Below are positions 1 to 11,221 of a stretch of 64,000 bases of DNA, in pieces. A program made the position numbers and the translations under genes. Origin of the DNA: Catajapyx aquilonaris (Eukaryota); the NCBI GenBank assembly GCA_000934665.2, contig JYFJ02001333.1:1-64000 (forward strand). Direction: 5' to 3'. Position 1 is the stretch's first letter. Each line of letters begins with the position of its first letter. The notes under the pieces were generated by a model. That model made no database searches. It had not been told where the DNA came from and saw only the letters and a program-made list of their open reading frames with translations.

Positions 1-104
1 GCACGGTAATATTGATGACAATGTATTGTATGAAGGGAGTTGGATTCCCCCAAAGACCCCGTAAGGGGTGGCACGGGGTAATTGAAATAAATAAAAAAAA
101 AAAA
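1..104 (+). repeat. Probable 3' end (A-rich tail) of a retroposed element cut by the window edge
   Basis: Ends ...ggggtaattgaaataaataaaaaaaaaaaa, resembling the ggggtaatgcaaaaa tail of the SINE at 9402-9741. Confidence 0.35.
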
Positions 105-255
105 ACATTAGGTAACCTCATTTTATGAAACTTGGTTTTGGGAAGGCAAACTACGTCAGCAATGTACAAAGTTGTTTTGATATAGGATTCCAGGTTTATT
201 TAACAATTTTGATCATTTGACCTTTGATTTTTGTTATTTTAACCTGCAGTATGTC

Positions 256-550
256 ACTACAGGCAGCCCACCCTAACTTGCCATTGACGTCATCGTTTTG
301 TGTACCAATTACTAGTCAATGAAATCTGCTAAATGCACCCCTGGAACCTCACACTTTTCAAGTTTCCATGGAGATGCCCTAATGTGTCAATGGGAGTGAA
401 CCATTCTTTTTGTTGACACATGTGAGGGCATCTCCTTGGAAACCTGAAAAGTGGGGGGTTCCAGGGGAGCTTTCGGCAGATTTCCACTGACTGAAAGTAG
501 GTGAACAAAACAAGGACGTCATTGGCAAGTTAGGGTGTGCTGCCTATAGT
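256..550. mobile_element. ~300-bp almost fully palindromic foldback/MITE
   Basis: actacaggcagcccaccctaacttgcc... mirrors ...ggcaagttagggtgtgctgcctatagt; complementarity continues inward for about 135 bp. Confidence 0.8.
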
Positions 551-1917
551 CTACTAAGGAACGTCAGGCTTGGCCTGGATGAGCATACGAGACGAGCAAA
601 AATGATCATAGTGATTGATTTTTCTTGCCATGCCCCTCACAAAGTAACATGGGCATGAAGAATGCAGGCACAAAATGGATGCATGATAGAACTTTAATAA
701 ATAAGTCTGCATGTAATACGGTTCAGTAAGCCAGATGGAAATATTTGAAAAACATGAATGCCAGGTCATTCACTCTAGCTTCCCACAACTCTTCCCCTTG
801 TCAGACATCTCTCCTGTTTAAATGGAGTTTGCACAGACATTCTGTGGTTGCTCTCTGTGTTCCTCACAACATGGAACAGTGTAAGTTGCCAGCTTCTGTT
901 TTTAACAGTTTCTAAAGGCCGATTGTGACCAGATTTGACCATCACATGCCAGTTTATACCCATATGTTTGTGCACAAAGACTTCAGTTTCATTTCATAAG
1001 TGAACACCTATCACAGATGGAATAGTGATGATCATAGGCACTCTGAAGGCATTTTGACATTATAATAATTATACACTGGATATACTGTATGTTCTCACGT
1101 AATTTCAAGCAATTGTAAATGATGTGTCAATTGCAAGAAGCCAGGGGAAGATCGAGAATGTTGCCCTCTTGGTATAGTATAATCTTGAACCCTTTCACAT
1201 TTCATAGCATGTGTGATAATGCAGATAGTACATGACTAGGATGCTTTCCTGTGAGATGCATCATGCAAATTATCTCAAGAGTTACTGACCGCCCTGAACA
1301 TAGTTCAAGAAATTAATTAGAGGCATATTTGAAGGGAAATAGACAAACTCAAGAGAGCTTGCCAGGCAATCAGGGTTCAATATATTCATCCATTGGCTGA
1401 AAATTCAGTTGATGGATCGGGAAGGAAAGAGTTTACATAACCTGATAAAGAGTTGAACATCTTGAAACACTGAATTTATTTGGTTGAATTTGTTATGCAT
1501 AATTCTAGCTAAGAGAGTTATTGGGAAATGGTGGAAGCTAGGCTGCTGTACAGCACATGAGTTTGTCCTAGTTTGGCTTTTACTGTATATTGAATTCTTG
1601 GCAATGTTACATGCAACTAGCAACAACATGGGTGCAAAGTAACATCTCTTTATGACTGCTTGTTTGGCAGCTGTCAAAAGTAAAGTGCAGGCAAATGACT
1701 CGTGATGAAACAGCATTCCACATTCCAGCTCATGTCGTGTTAAGGAGTGATACTTCACATGATTGGCCATAAAGGAGGTGTCCTAGGATTGGTTTCATTA
1801 TGGTGCACAATTTTAGTGGAGGTTATATCATGTGAAAAAGTCAGTGAATTAGAAAAACTCACTTATGAGTTGTGAAAAACTGTGCATAAATTTAAGGGTA
1901 GGAAATGAATCAGTCTA

Positions 1918-2440
1918 CAATAAAACTTCTAAGTCGGATCTCCATGGGACCGGGGAAACAACTTCGAGCTAGAGAAGTTTGGAATTTTTGAAGCGCATAA
2001 CTCTACCAGGAAGCGTACCTTTATATCCAGCGACGAAATTTTTCAAACTATCACACTTACAATGTTCCTCATTGTTTTGTTGTAAAAAAAAACAAACTCC
2101 GTTATGGACATTGCCTAGATCAGCTCTCACTCTTAATAAAGGACCAGGTGCGGATGGCATGTGTCATTACTGGTAGACAGAGATTGGGAAAGAGCCTTTC
2201 TGTACATGTACTATCGACCCTTCACCGGGGAAATGAGACAATTTTCCGTACTCGCCAACATGAACTTCGTCTTAGGGAGACTGAAAATGCATTGATATCC
2301 CATCGTAAGGCCCTGCCTGCACTTCGAGTTTGGGAAATTTATTTCCTATTATTTTACATTGTGACCAACCAAGCTCATCATTTTCTTCGACTTATAGAGA
2401 ACTTTGACTTAGGCAAGTTCGACTTATGGAAGTTTTACTG
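1918..2440. mobile_element. Non-autonomous Tc1/mariner/pogo-like element
   Basis: TA flanks; imperfect TIRs caataaaacttctaagtcgg / cgacttatggaagttttactg. Confidence 0.55.
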
Positions 2441-2889
2441 TAGTTAAGATATCCAGAATCTGAAATATGTTGCGTCAGGAATGGTGGAACAATAGGCTGA
2501 CCCAAGTAGACAGAAAAACATCATCATTATTCTCTTCTCTACAAAGATAGAACTTGTAACAATAGGACACTTGACAAACAAAGATGTTGCTGGCGCAAGC
2601 ATGCTTGATGCTAGATTAGCTGCATGCTTTTGGATATATTTCTGTAGACAATAGTCACAGAACTGGCGACTGGTTTTAAAAATTGCAAATGACATATTAA
2701 ACCTTTAAACCTCTGTTAGGTTTATTACACATGCAGTTGTGAAATCAACAGTGAAGTCTTGAACTAAATTGGGAAAGAAATTAGACTCTGTGATCCACCT
2801 CAAATTATATGCCTGGCATAAAAATAATGTGCTCTAAGGGACATGACACTACAAGTTGAGTTCTCAAATTCGGGCAAAACAATCGGAAA

Positions 2890-3171
2890 GAGTAGGCCTT
2901 ATTGGCGTGCAGGAGGCAGCAGGGTGAATGGTGGCTGGGGGCAGCTTGGCTGTGTCACAAAGGCAAGGATTCAAGGATGGGTTTTTTATTATTTTGGAAT
3001 GGGTATGCTGTACCAATCTAACCTAACCAAGCCTAACCTTCCTTCCCTGCGGATACATACCTATCTTCAGCTGATACAGGTACCTATCCTTTATCCTTGC
3101 CTTTGTGACACAGCCCGCTGCCCCCACCGACTACTACCCTCTCGCCTCCCGCATGCCAGTAAAGCCAACTC
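2890..3171. mobile_element. Foldback MITE with CCTAA repeats in the spacer
   Basis: ~90-bp inverted arms (ggctgtgtcacaaaggcaaggat / atccttgcctttgtgacacagcc); ctaacctaaccaagcctaacct at 3018-3039. Confidence 0.7.
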
Positions 3172-3807
3172 GATCCAAACAATCTCGATTCTGAGGATGT
3201 GATAAGTTGCTCTCAGAACTGAGGGGTAACCCAGGATGAGAGGTCAAAGTAGGCTGGAATGACTTTCATCTGCTAGCTATGGGCACCACCAGGTGAAAAG
3301 CATTGCTTCACCTGGCATCTTGTTCTCCTGGTCGAGGGAATGTGGAAGTCAATTGTGTCTGAACATTTAGGCCCATTCACTCCCTACTAATCATCCTTGG
3401 CCAGGGAGATGCTAGCTGTACCCTAGTCGGATGAACCAACCGTAGCAGTTGACGTCCGTTTTTTGTAACTTTTGCCTGGTGCCTCAGGGTGACCTTTATA
3501 TTTTGAGCAAGAAATATTTCTGGCTTAATTTTAGAGCCCAACTTGTCAATAGAATGCACTGTCTTGACACATTAATGGGCTGAAGTCCGGGCCTTTCAGT
3601 GCTGGTTGATAGGCTCATTGTTTAGAAGACCAGAAAGGGAAAAAAGTAACTATCCGCACAATACCATCCCACATACGTTTACATGCTTTTCTTGTGGATA
3701 GTGTCCGCAGCAATTCTATGCCTATAGAAAATAATGTACGTCCTCAAAATAGGTCAACACACAACTGTGAAATGTCTATAGATATAAGTGGCATATAGAT
3801 TGAGGAT

Positions 3808-4055
3808 CCTGGAGAAGAGGGTACTGTACATCACTGTCGTCATCGTTGTCATAGTGACCGCTGTCTTCAGGTGGGAGACTGACATCTGATGATAGTTACC
3901 CACACTTGGGTGCAAAATAATGCGCAGGTGGATGGCCTGTGCTTCAAAGCACGTCTGATGTTGACTTGTTCCAATAACTACCTACGTTAACTTTATGAAA
4001 GGAAAACTTTTGGTAATTGAAGCTTTTTGGGTTTCAGAATTCTGAAAGGAGATTG
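3808..4055. repeat. Interspersed repeat with a second diverged copy at about 7639-7800
   Basis: Both copies contain cctggagaagagggtac...gttgtcat.gtgac.g.tgtc.tcaggt and gaagcttttt.gg...cagaa/gt.ttgaaggagagattg. Confidence 0.55.
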
Positions 4056-4514
4056 TGTAGCTGTATGGTGTATGCCTGCAGTTTCTACATGCACAAGAAT
4101 TTAATTTGGTCTCGACTAATGTTAATAGCAAGAGATTTCATTTTGTGCTAAGCTTGTGGTGTTATCACATGAGTGGACAGCAATAGTCAGCCAATATACT
4201 TGCCTGTCAGCACTTACGCTTTGCAGGTAGCTGCATGATATGAAAATTCCTCATAGCGCAATATAGCAGATCTCAAAAACTTAACGTGATGTACAAATTT
4301 CAATGTAATTGAAATGTAAGATTGCACTATGCCACTACGGTAATGTGGTGTCTTTTTATTATGATAACAAAACCTTGTAAACAAATTACATTGTCCACCA
4401 GTGGCATTCAACGGTAATTGTTTCTTGAGCTACTGGACACAGGTTCCTGGGGCTGATTTTTCTTATAAGGAAGTTCTTAAATCATGCTAATTAGAAGTGC
4501 CATGTGTGGCATTG

Positions 4515-4847
4515 CTTTTTTATTTTTTAATTTTTAATTTATATTTGCATTACCCCATTGGGATTTACCATAATCCTTTAGGGGGGTGCATTACCACCAT
4601 CGGAAATTGGAGCCATATAAGATCTTATTTAATTACTCCAGGGTAGGTAGGAGGGGATGTGCAAAGTGCAAGTGCAATGTCTCTAATCGTCATTTTGTTG
4701 GCTTAGTCTATCGGAAATTGCCACCCGAAATGAAGCCAGAGATGGCCCAACTCTGCACGGATAAAGGTGGGAACCCCGGGTGGGGATCGAACCCGGGACC
4801 TTCATATCCGTGGGCGCAAGCGTTGCCGCTGCGCCACTTCACCTCCC
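4515..4847 (-). mobile_element. tRNA-derived SINE (family A), full length
   Basis: Minus-strand A box tggcgcagcgg and B box ggttcgatccc, A-rich tail, 8-bp TSD tggcattg (4507-4514/4848-4855); homologous to 9402-9741. Confidence 0.85.
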
Positions 4848-5019
4848 TGGCATTGATTATTATTGAAACCTGAAATGGGATCCACAAGGATGCCATGGAT
4901 TTGGAAAAGGTCATGGAGACAAACTCAATTTCAAATGCGGCTTGTGCTGTCCAGAAAATGCAGTTGTCTTTTTAATTTAGCCTGTCACTTCAGACTTACG
5001 CATCAGGACATGTTGATCC

Positions 5020-5931
5020 CAAAGAGCTTATACTAGGAAGAGTGGAAAAAACAGCTGGTAGCATAGCAACCGTGTCGCCAATCGACTGACCTGCCACCTG
5101 GCGAGTCGACAGCGAAACTCGATACTGTATTGTACAATACGGTAGATCGAGGCAGTGCCGGAAATATGGCAATAAAAGCCCCAGAGGTTGGAAATAAGTC
5201 ATAAGTACTAGTATACTCCCTTCAAATTGCCGACAAAACACGTTGCAGAAGACCTGTGAATAGAATACCATCACGAAAAGCAAATTGTTTGCCAGAAGTT
5301 TATTGCCACTACAATAATCCCACACTCTGCGCTATACAATACACACCACGGTAGGCTACTGTACACACTGGTCATGATGCTGAACATGGTCATGACAGGA
5401 AGATGTACCCCCCCGCTGCTATGTCCATCTTGTGGCGGGACGGGCTTGTTCTTCTATACCGTGAACTCGAGAGCCGTGGAGGGTCCTTTGGTAATAAAAA
5501 GAATGTGATCCGAGACCCCGTGCGCGAACAGCCGTAGTAGCACTCGGCACCCAACCCCCGATCGTCTACGCCCCACTATGCCGGCCTTGGAACTGGTTCC
5601 ATTTCAAAATTCGAACGTGATTTCTAAGCAACGAGGTGATTATTTGGATTGTTAGGTGCAGGGTGGCAAGCTGCGTCGAATATCAGTTTCGAGTCCAAAA
5701 TTAGTTCCTTAACCCCGTACGACCTCATATTGGTCAGTTTTTAGATTTATAACTCTTAATTATGTGCCTCTTGATATTAAATACATACATTTTATTGAAA
5801 TTCATCTCGACAGCACTCGACCGTGGCGCCTCGTAGTGAGCTAACAGCAAAACACGTTGGCCAAACAACTGGCCAAAAAGTGGCGACGCTTGGAAACCGT
5901 TTTTTCCACTCTTCCTAGTATAAGCTCTTCG
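5020..5931. mobile_element. Non-autonomous hAT-type element
   Basis: ~33-bp TIRs (aagagcttatactaggaagagtggaaaaaac / gttttttccactcttcctagtataagctctt) with 8-bp TSD gttgatcc (5012-5019/5932-5939). Confidence 0.85.
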
Positions 5932-6247
5932 GTTGATCCTGTACAGTATACCGGGTGCCATGGAAACAGACAGAGGCTCCTTATTGACCTCAATGCCATA
6001 GAGAGATCAGCAGCAGCAGCAGGAGACCTCCCACCTGTTGCCATGGCATTAGATATAAATACATTTTCTCAGTATCACATGCTGGAGACTACATCAGGAA
6101 AAATCAGGGAGAGCTTGGTTCTACGCAACAACTGCCCTCCAATCAAGATGAAGCCTGTTGAATTTCTGTGACACTGATTATTTCTGTCACACTGAAAGGA
6201 AACCATTGAATGCTGTATTGATTGACAGCTTGCTTTGTGCTTTTTAA

Positions 6248-6529
6248 CCCTGGAACCGTGCTGTGGGGTCTTTTTGGACCCCAAGGGAAAAAATGCATTA
6301 AAATGATCATTACAATGAACTTTTGCAATTTTTTTACAGTATATAACAGGAAGTGCAGGTTTATTTTGAATTAGCGATCCTTTTAGGCATTGTTCAAAGA
6401 ATGATTGCATATAGTCAATACATTGACAAGTATTACATAATAATTAATAAAAACTAAAATATGGTTGGGTCCGAAAAGACCCCACGTCACGGTTGCCGTA
6501 ATACTCGTAGGCACGGCACGGTTCCAGGG
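6248..6529. mobile_element. piggyBac-type MITE
   Basis: TTAA on both flanks; TIR ccctggaaccgtgc / gcacggttccaggg; subterminal IR gtggggtctttttggaccc / gggtccgaaaagaccccac. Confidence 0.85.
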
Positions 6530-6794
6530 TTAAAAAGATCTCACTTGGGGAGGTTTAGTATCAAACTTAATTATGTAGCTTATTAGCATTAATGAACTCA
6601 ATCATATCGTATCTCGAGAGTTGAACTAGAACAGTCAAGTGCTGCTTGAGTGAGAATGACCATTCTGTTCATGAATAGTATGGGATTGCAAGCTTGAGTG
6701 ATTCTGTATGGATAAAAGGAGTGGGTAATGCATAAAGTGACAATGGAGCATACCATGTTATAGGCACATACTCACGGTTGCAGTGCAAGTCTGA

Positions 6795-7158
6795 CAACCA
6801 AACTGACACTTTTTACTCCCCTGAAATTTGATTTATTTATTTTTTGCATTTACTCATTCTCCTTGGCCTTTAGTGTTGTACAAACATCACTTCAGCTGCT
6901 AATGGTCATGTTAGCAGGGTCAAAATACAAGTCAAAAGGCGATATTTCGAAGCCACAACACTAGCAGCCGGTCCCTGGTCACCGCGACTGATGTGTGTAA
7001 TAATTTGTAATTGATTGATTCGACTTGATTCATAAATTGCTACACGTAGTTGATTTAAAAGCGTGTGAGATGGTACTTCTTGTTCGCGCCACCCCAGAGT
7101 GTGCTCCAATTGCGGTGACCGGGGAAATTCCGGGGAGTAAAATGAACCAGTTTGGTTG
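6795..7158. repeat. Inverted-repeat element, possibly with an internal retroposon tail
   Basis: caaccaaactg..cttttactcccctgaaattt mirrored by aaattccggggagtaaaatgaaccagtttggttg; T-rich tract at about 6830-6846. Confidence 0.45.
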
Positions 7159-8394
7159 TGAGTAGATGTTACTTTTGCCAAAACTTCCACTGCTAGGTAA
7201 GATAAGTACCATTTTTATGGGGTTGATATGAAGAGAAGAGACTTGAAACTCCATCGTTTCTCTCTAAGTGTGTACCTCACAGCAGTCAGGCGGCTATACT
7301 GTATGTGAGGGTTCACAGTCTTCCCTCTTTTACCCCTCCCCTCCAGTGAACTCGAGAAGTGGCACATGCCCACGTCGTTTAAATAAGTAATTGCCATGAT
7401 TTTCTAGAACAGTTTTTATGTTTCACATATTTGAGTCAATTGCACTACACTTGGTACAGTACAGGTATACAATCTCTTAGCCGAAAACCTCGCGACCAGA
7501 AATGTTTTGGATCCCTGGATGTTGTTACGGTATATGTACACTACGTACTACGCATCCTCATATCCCAGGAATAGGTTTTAACCCCTCACCTTTCTGCCTC
7601 GTACGTCTATCTGTAAAGGCGCACCTGGATTGAGGTTTCCTGGAGAAGAGGGTACGTAAATGCGTCATTGTTGTCATGGTGACTGTTGTCGTCAGGTTGG
7701 GGCTTGCTTGCCACGAAATGAGAGCTTGGGTGGCGACCTGATGAAAAAACTTTTGTTATTCGAAGCTTTTAGGTCTTCAGAGTTTTGAAGGAGAGATTGC
7801 ATAGGCCTACCTGTATACATATACAGTATATGCGCGTGGGTTTAAAAAAAAGTGATTTCCTCTTTGTTATTAACACGGCAAAAATGAAAGGAGAAGTGTG
7901 ATTTTCAATATACCGTAAGAAGTACAGCTGGCCTTTACCCCACAATGTGAAATTACAGTGATTCATAATTTAGATCACATGTGCATCAGTTGAAATGTCA
8001 TGCTCATTCCTATGCCATGTTGTAACTCCAGCAAATATGAGTAGTGAGAAGAATTGAAGATGCATCCGCATATGCAACTCTCCATATGCTACGCCCATCA
8101 GGGTATCAACGGGCAAGGGTATTGTGGGCAAATGTGAACTAAATATTATTAAACACACTTGCGAAAGATGACAGAAGCAAAGCACAGTAGGGCGATTCTT
8201 CAATTTCGAAATGTCAGGCATTCTGTAGAACCAGTTGGCTAAAATGACCAATAGGGTTGGAAATATTGTAGCTGCCACCTGTAGTATAGACAGTCTACTC
8301 TAAATTTTAGTAGTCGGTCAATTGGCCAAGTGTTCCTTCATGGGAAGGAAAATGAAAATCTCACCCGTTTCTGTTCTTGCCTAACTACCAGCAG

Positions 8395-11039
8395 GCCTGG
8401 AGATTCACTCCGTGAGCCCAGCAGATGACCCATCTTCTGGGGAGGACACACCTCATCTTGAGCCCCTGAACTTGCCCGACTCTCCCCCCTTGTCCGGCCC
8501 GTTGTCATGTGGCGGGGGGGAGAATGACACAAGAAAGGAGAAAAGGCCAGTGAGGCAGGCGGAAGTGGATGAGCCGATACAGTGCCTGCTATGCGATGAG
8601 GACTTCTGGCTGCCCACCCGCTCAGAGAGGATGCTCAAGCACTTGCTGTTTGTACACAAGCTGCTGGTGGGCGATGCTCATCTCATCGCAGATCTCAAGA
8701 GGTTGGTTTGTTGCCAGATTGATTAGTCTGGGTCCCACATGAGGCTTATTGTTGTTCTTGAATTAATCCTGCAGCTACATCAACTACTGGAGGGTGCGTT
8801 TCAAGGAGAGGCCCTTGACTGAGTTCTGCACCATCATGATGACCAACTCAGCCCCTACTGACACAGGCCCGCAGGAGTTTTATTACTTTTTGACTGATTT
8901 TTTGCCGGAGGACAAGGAGCTTCGGGACAAGTTGCAGCAGGCCAAGCTGGTGAGTTGTCTTTACAGCTCTTGAATTGACATGCACTTTGCACCAGTCAAT
9001 ATTTTCAAGCAATAATTGGTGCTAGTTCATTATTGTGCCTGACTGGAGCCTTAATATTATTTTTTGCAGGAAGAGATTCTGGAGCAGCAGCACCGTGAGC
9101 GTGAGGACACAACTTTCTCTCGTGACTGCCTCTTTTGCCGCCAGCGTTTTGAAGGCAACAGAAGCGAGTTGTTCAAGCACATGGTAGATGACCACAATTT
9201 TCACATTGGACGCCCTGACAACATTGTGTTTTGCGAGGAGCTGCTGGATCTGTTGGATGAGAAGCTCAGGAAGTAAGTGTCCCATTTCTCACAACAGCTT
9301 ATCCACGACTCGTTACAAATGAAGCCTTCAAGAGACAGTGCAGGCCATTGGAAAGTTGAGCTCAAAAGTCGTAACTCGTTGATTGCAAATATGTTGGCAG
9401 CAGGGGAGGCGAAGTGGCGCTGCGGTAACGTATGCGCCCGCGGATGTTAAGGTCCCGGGTTCGATCCCAACCCGGGGTTCCCCCCTTCATCTCGCGCAGA
9501 GTGAGACCGTCTCTGGCTTCGTTTCGGGTGGCGATCCTTTCACATATGCCACCCGGGGGAGTTCACAAAACGGCACATCAACGACATTGCACACGCACTT
9601 TGCACATCCCCTCCTACCTACCCTTGGAACACACTAAATACTATCTTAGTATACCGGTTCCACCCAAATGGTGGTATTCCACCCCCCTAAAGGAAATGTA
9701 ACTCCCAATGGGGTAATGCAAAAAAAAAAAAGAAAAAAAAAATGTTGGCAGCGTCATCAACGGGATAATTTACTGACTTTAAAATTTTACATTACTGTTA
9801 CTATGCAAACTGGCCCATATTTTAAATAGTGGGTCATACCTGCGTTATGGAACTCATAGTTGTGAAAAACTTGTTCCCTTTTTCTGTGGCAATTATTGCA
9901 GGTAACTCACACTGCTTCTCTTTGTGTGCAGATTGCAGTGCCTGTACTGCGAGAAGACATTTAAAGATCGCATGGTCCTGAAGGAACACATGCGCAAGAA
10001 GCAGCACAAGCGCATTCACCCTAAGAACAAAAGCTACGACAAATACTACCTGATCAATTATCTGGATGTGGGTCACAGCTGGGATGAGGTGCAGAGCGAG
10101 CTGGACGAGTCAGAATTGCCCGCAGCTTCCTCAGGCGCCAACGCAGCCTCCACTGCCACTTCCTCCTCCTCATCTGGTGCAGGTTCCTCGTCCTCTCCAT
10201 CATCCACATCTGAGGCACCTCCAGTGGTGGATCACGGTCACCCCCTGTTGGCAGCACTGTCCAGCAATGAGAGTGCTGACTGGTCTGACTGGGAGGATGA
10301 CTGCCCACCGCTGGCATTGTGCCTCTTCTGCACAGAGCAGTCTCTGTTGGTGGATGATATTTTGAGCCACATGGCGCAGGAGCACAAGTTTGATTTCCAG
10401 GAGGTTAGCGGCAACTTGGGCCTCGACTTCTACGGGCAGGTTAAGGTGGTCAACTACGTCCGCAGGCAGGTGCACCACCTGAGGTGCCCTTGCTGCAGCC
10501 AGTTCCATGCCTCCAAGGAAGCCCTGCTGCAGCACATGTACAGGTGCAAGCACTTCTGTCTCCCAGACACACGTTCCTGGGATCACCCACAGTGAGTATT
10601 GCACCAGTTTGAAACGTCAGTTTACCCATGCCACTCGGCTGACTCCTGAGATAATTTTCCGTCAGCCTATTATTATTGCATCATTAGCTTCATGAACCTG
10701 AAAATGTGCTGAAACCAATTTCAAGGTCTGCCGGTAGAATTAGGAATCGTTCTTTCAGAAAATGCAATTGTAGGTTTTATTCGCTTCCATAATATGAAGT
10801 AAAGAAAGAAATAAGTTCAGTCCAGTAGTGCCTTGATAACTGCAAGTTCATGCCACTTTTTTCCCTCCTCCCTCACAACCAGGTACTTCTTCCCCACCTA
10901 CGAGAATGACCGATTCCTGTACGGATTGGATGCAGACTCAGACTCTGAGCTAAGTGTTCAGGTGTATGCGGAGGACTCCATCCCTCCGGAGGTTGTCCAG
11001 CAGAAGAGATCTGAGCTGCTGCAGGAACTTCTCAGCTGA
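8395..11039 (+). CDS. ZNF277: Zinc finger protein 277 (C2H2); 5'-most coding exon not identified
   Basis: Exons 8395-8701, 8775-8949, 9070-9272, 9932-10591, 10883-11039 with GT-AG boundaries and continuous frame; motifs CLFC..HM...H.F.IG.PDNIVF, CLYCEKTFKD...LKEHMRKKQH, DFYGQVKVVNYVRRQ, QYFFPTYEND. Confidence 0.9.
9402..9741 (+). mobile_element. tRNA-derived SINE (family A) in a ZNF277 intron
   Basis: A box tggcgctgcgg, B box ggttcgatccc, poly(A) tail, 11-bp TSD atgttggcagc (9391-9401/9742-9752). Confidence 0.9.
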
Positions 11040-11221
11040 GTGACCTGGCAGATGAAATTACGGGATGGACAGGTGAGTCTGTCCATCACCTGCGGATCAG
11101 AATTGCGGCTGTTGAGCGGAGGGAATTTGGCAGAGTAGCAGCAGAAGCACCATCTCAAAAAAAAAGAAAAGAGGAAAAAAAAAGAAAACAAACAAAAAAA
11201 AATAAGAAGAGAGGCTGGGGG

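Noticed and set aside
700..1800. Possible decayed hAT/ZNF862-like transposase on the minus strand (e.g. ACNIAKN)
   Set aside because: Only faint fragments; cannot be supported without a translated search
9403..9480. tRNA gene (also 4770-4847 and 12927-13000)
   Set aside because: A and B boxes are present but there is no convincing cloverleaf; each continues into a body with tail and TSD, so these are SINE heads
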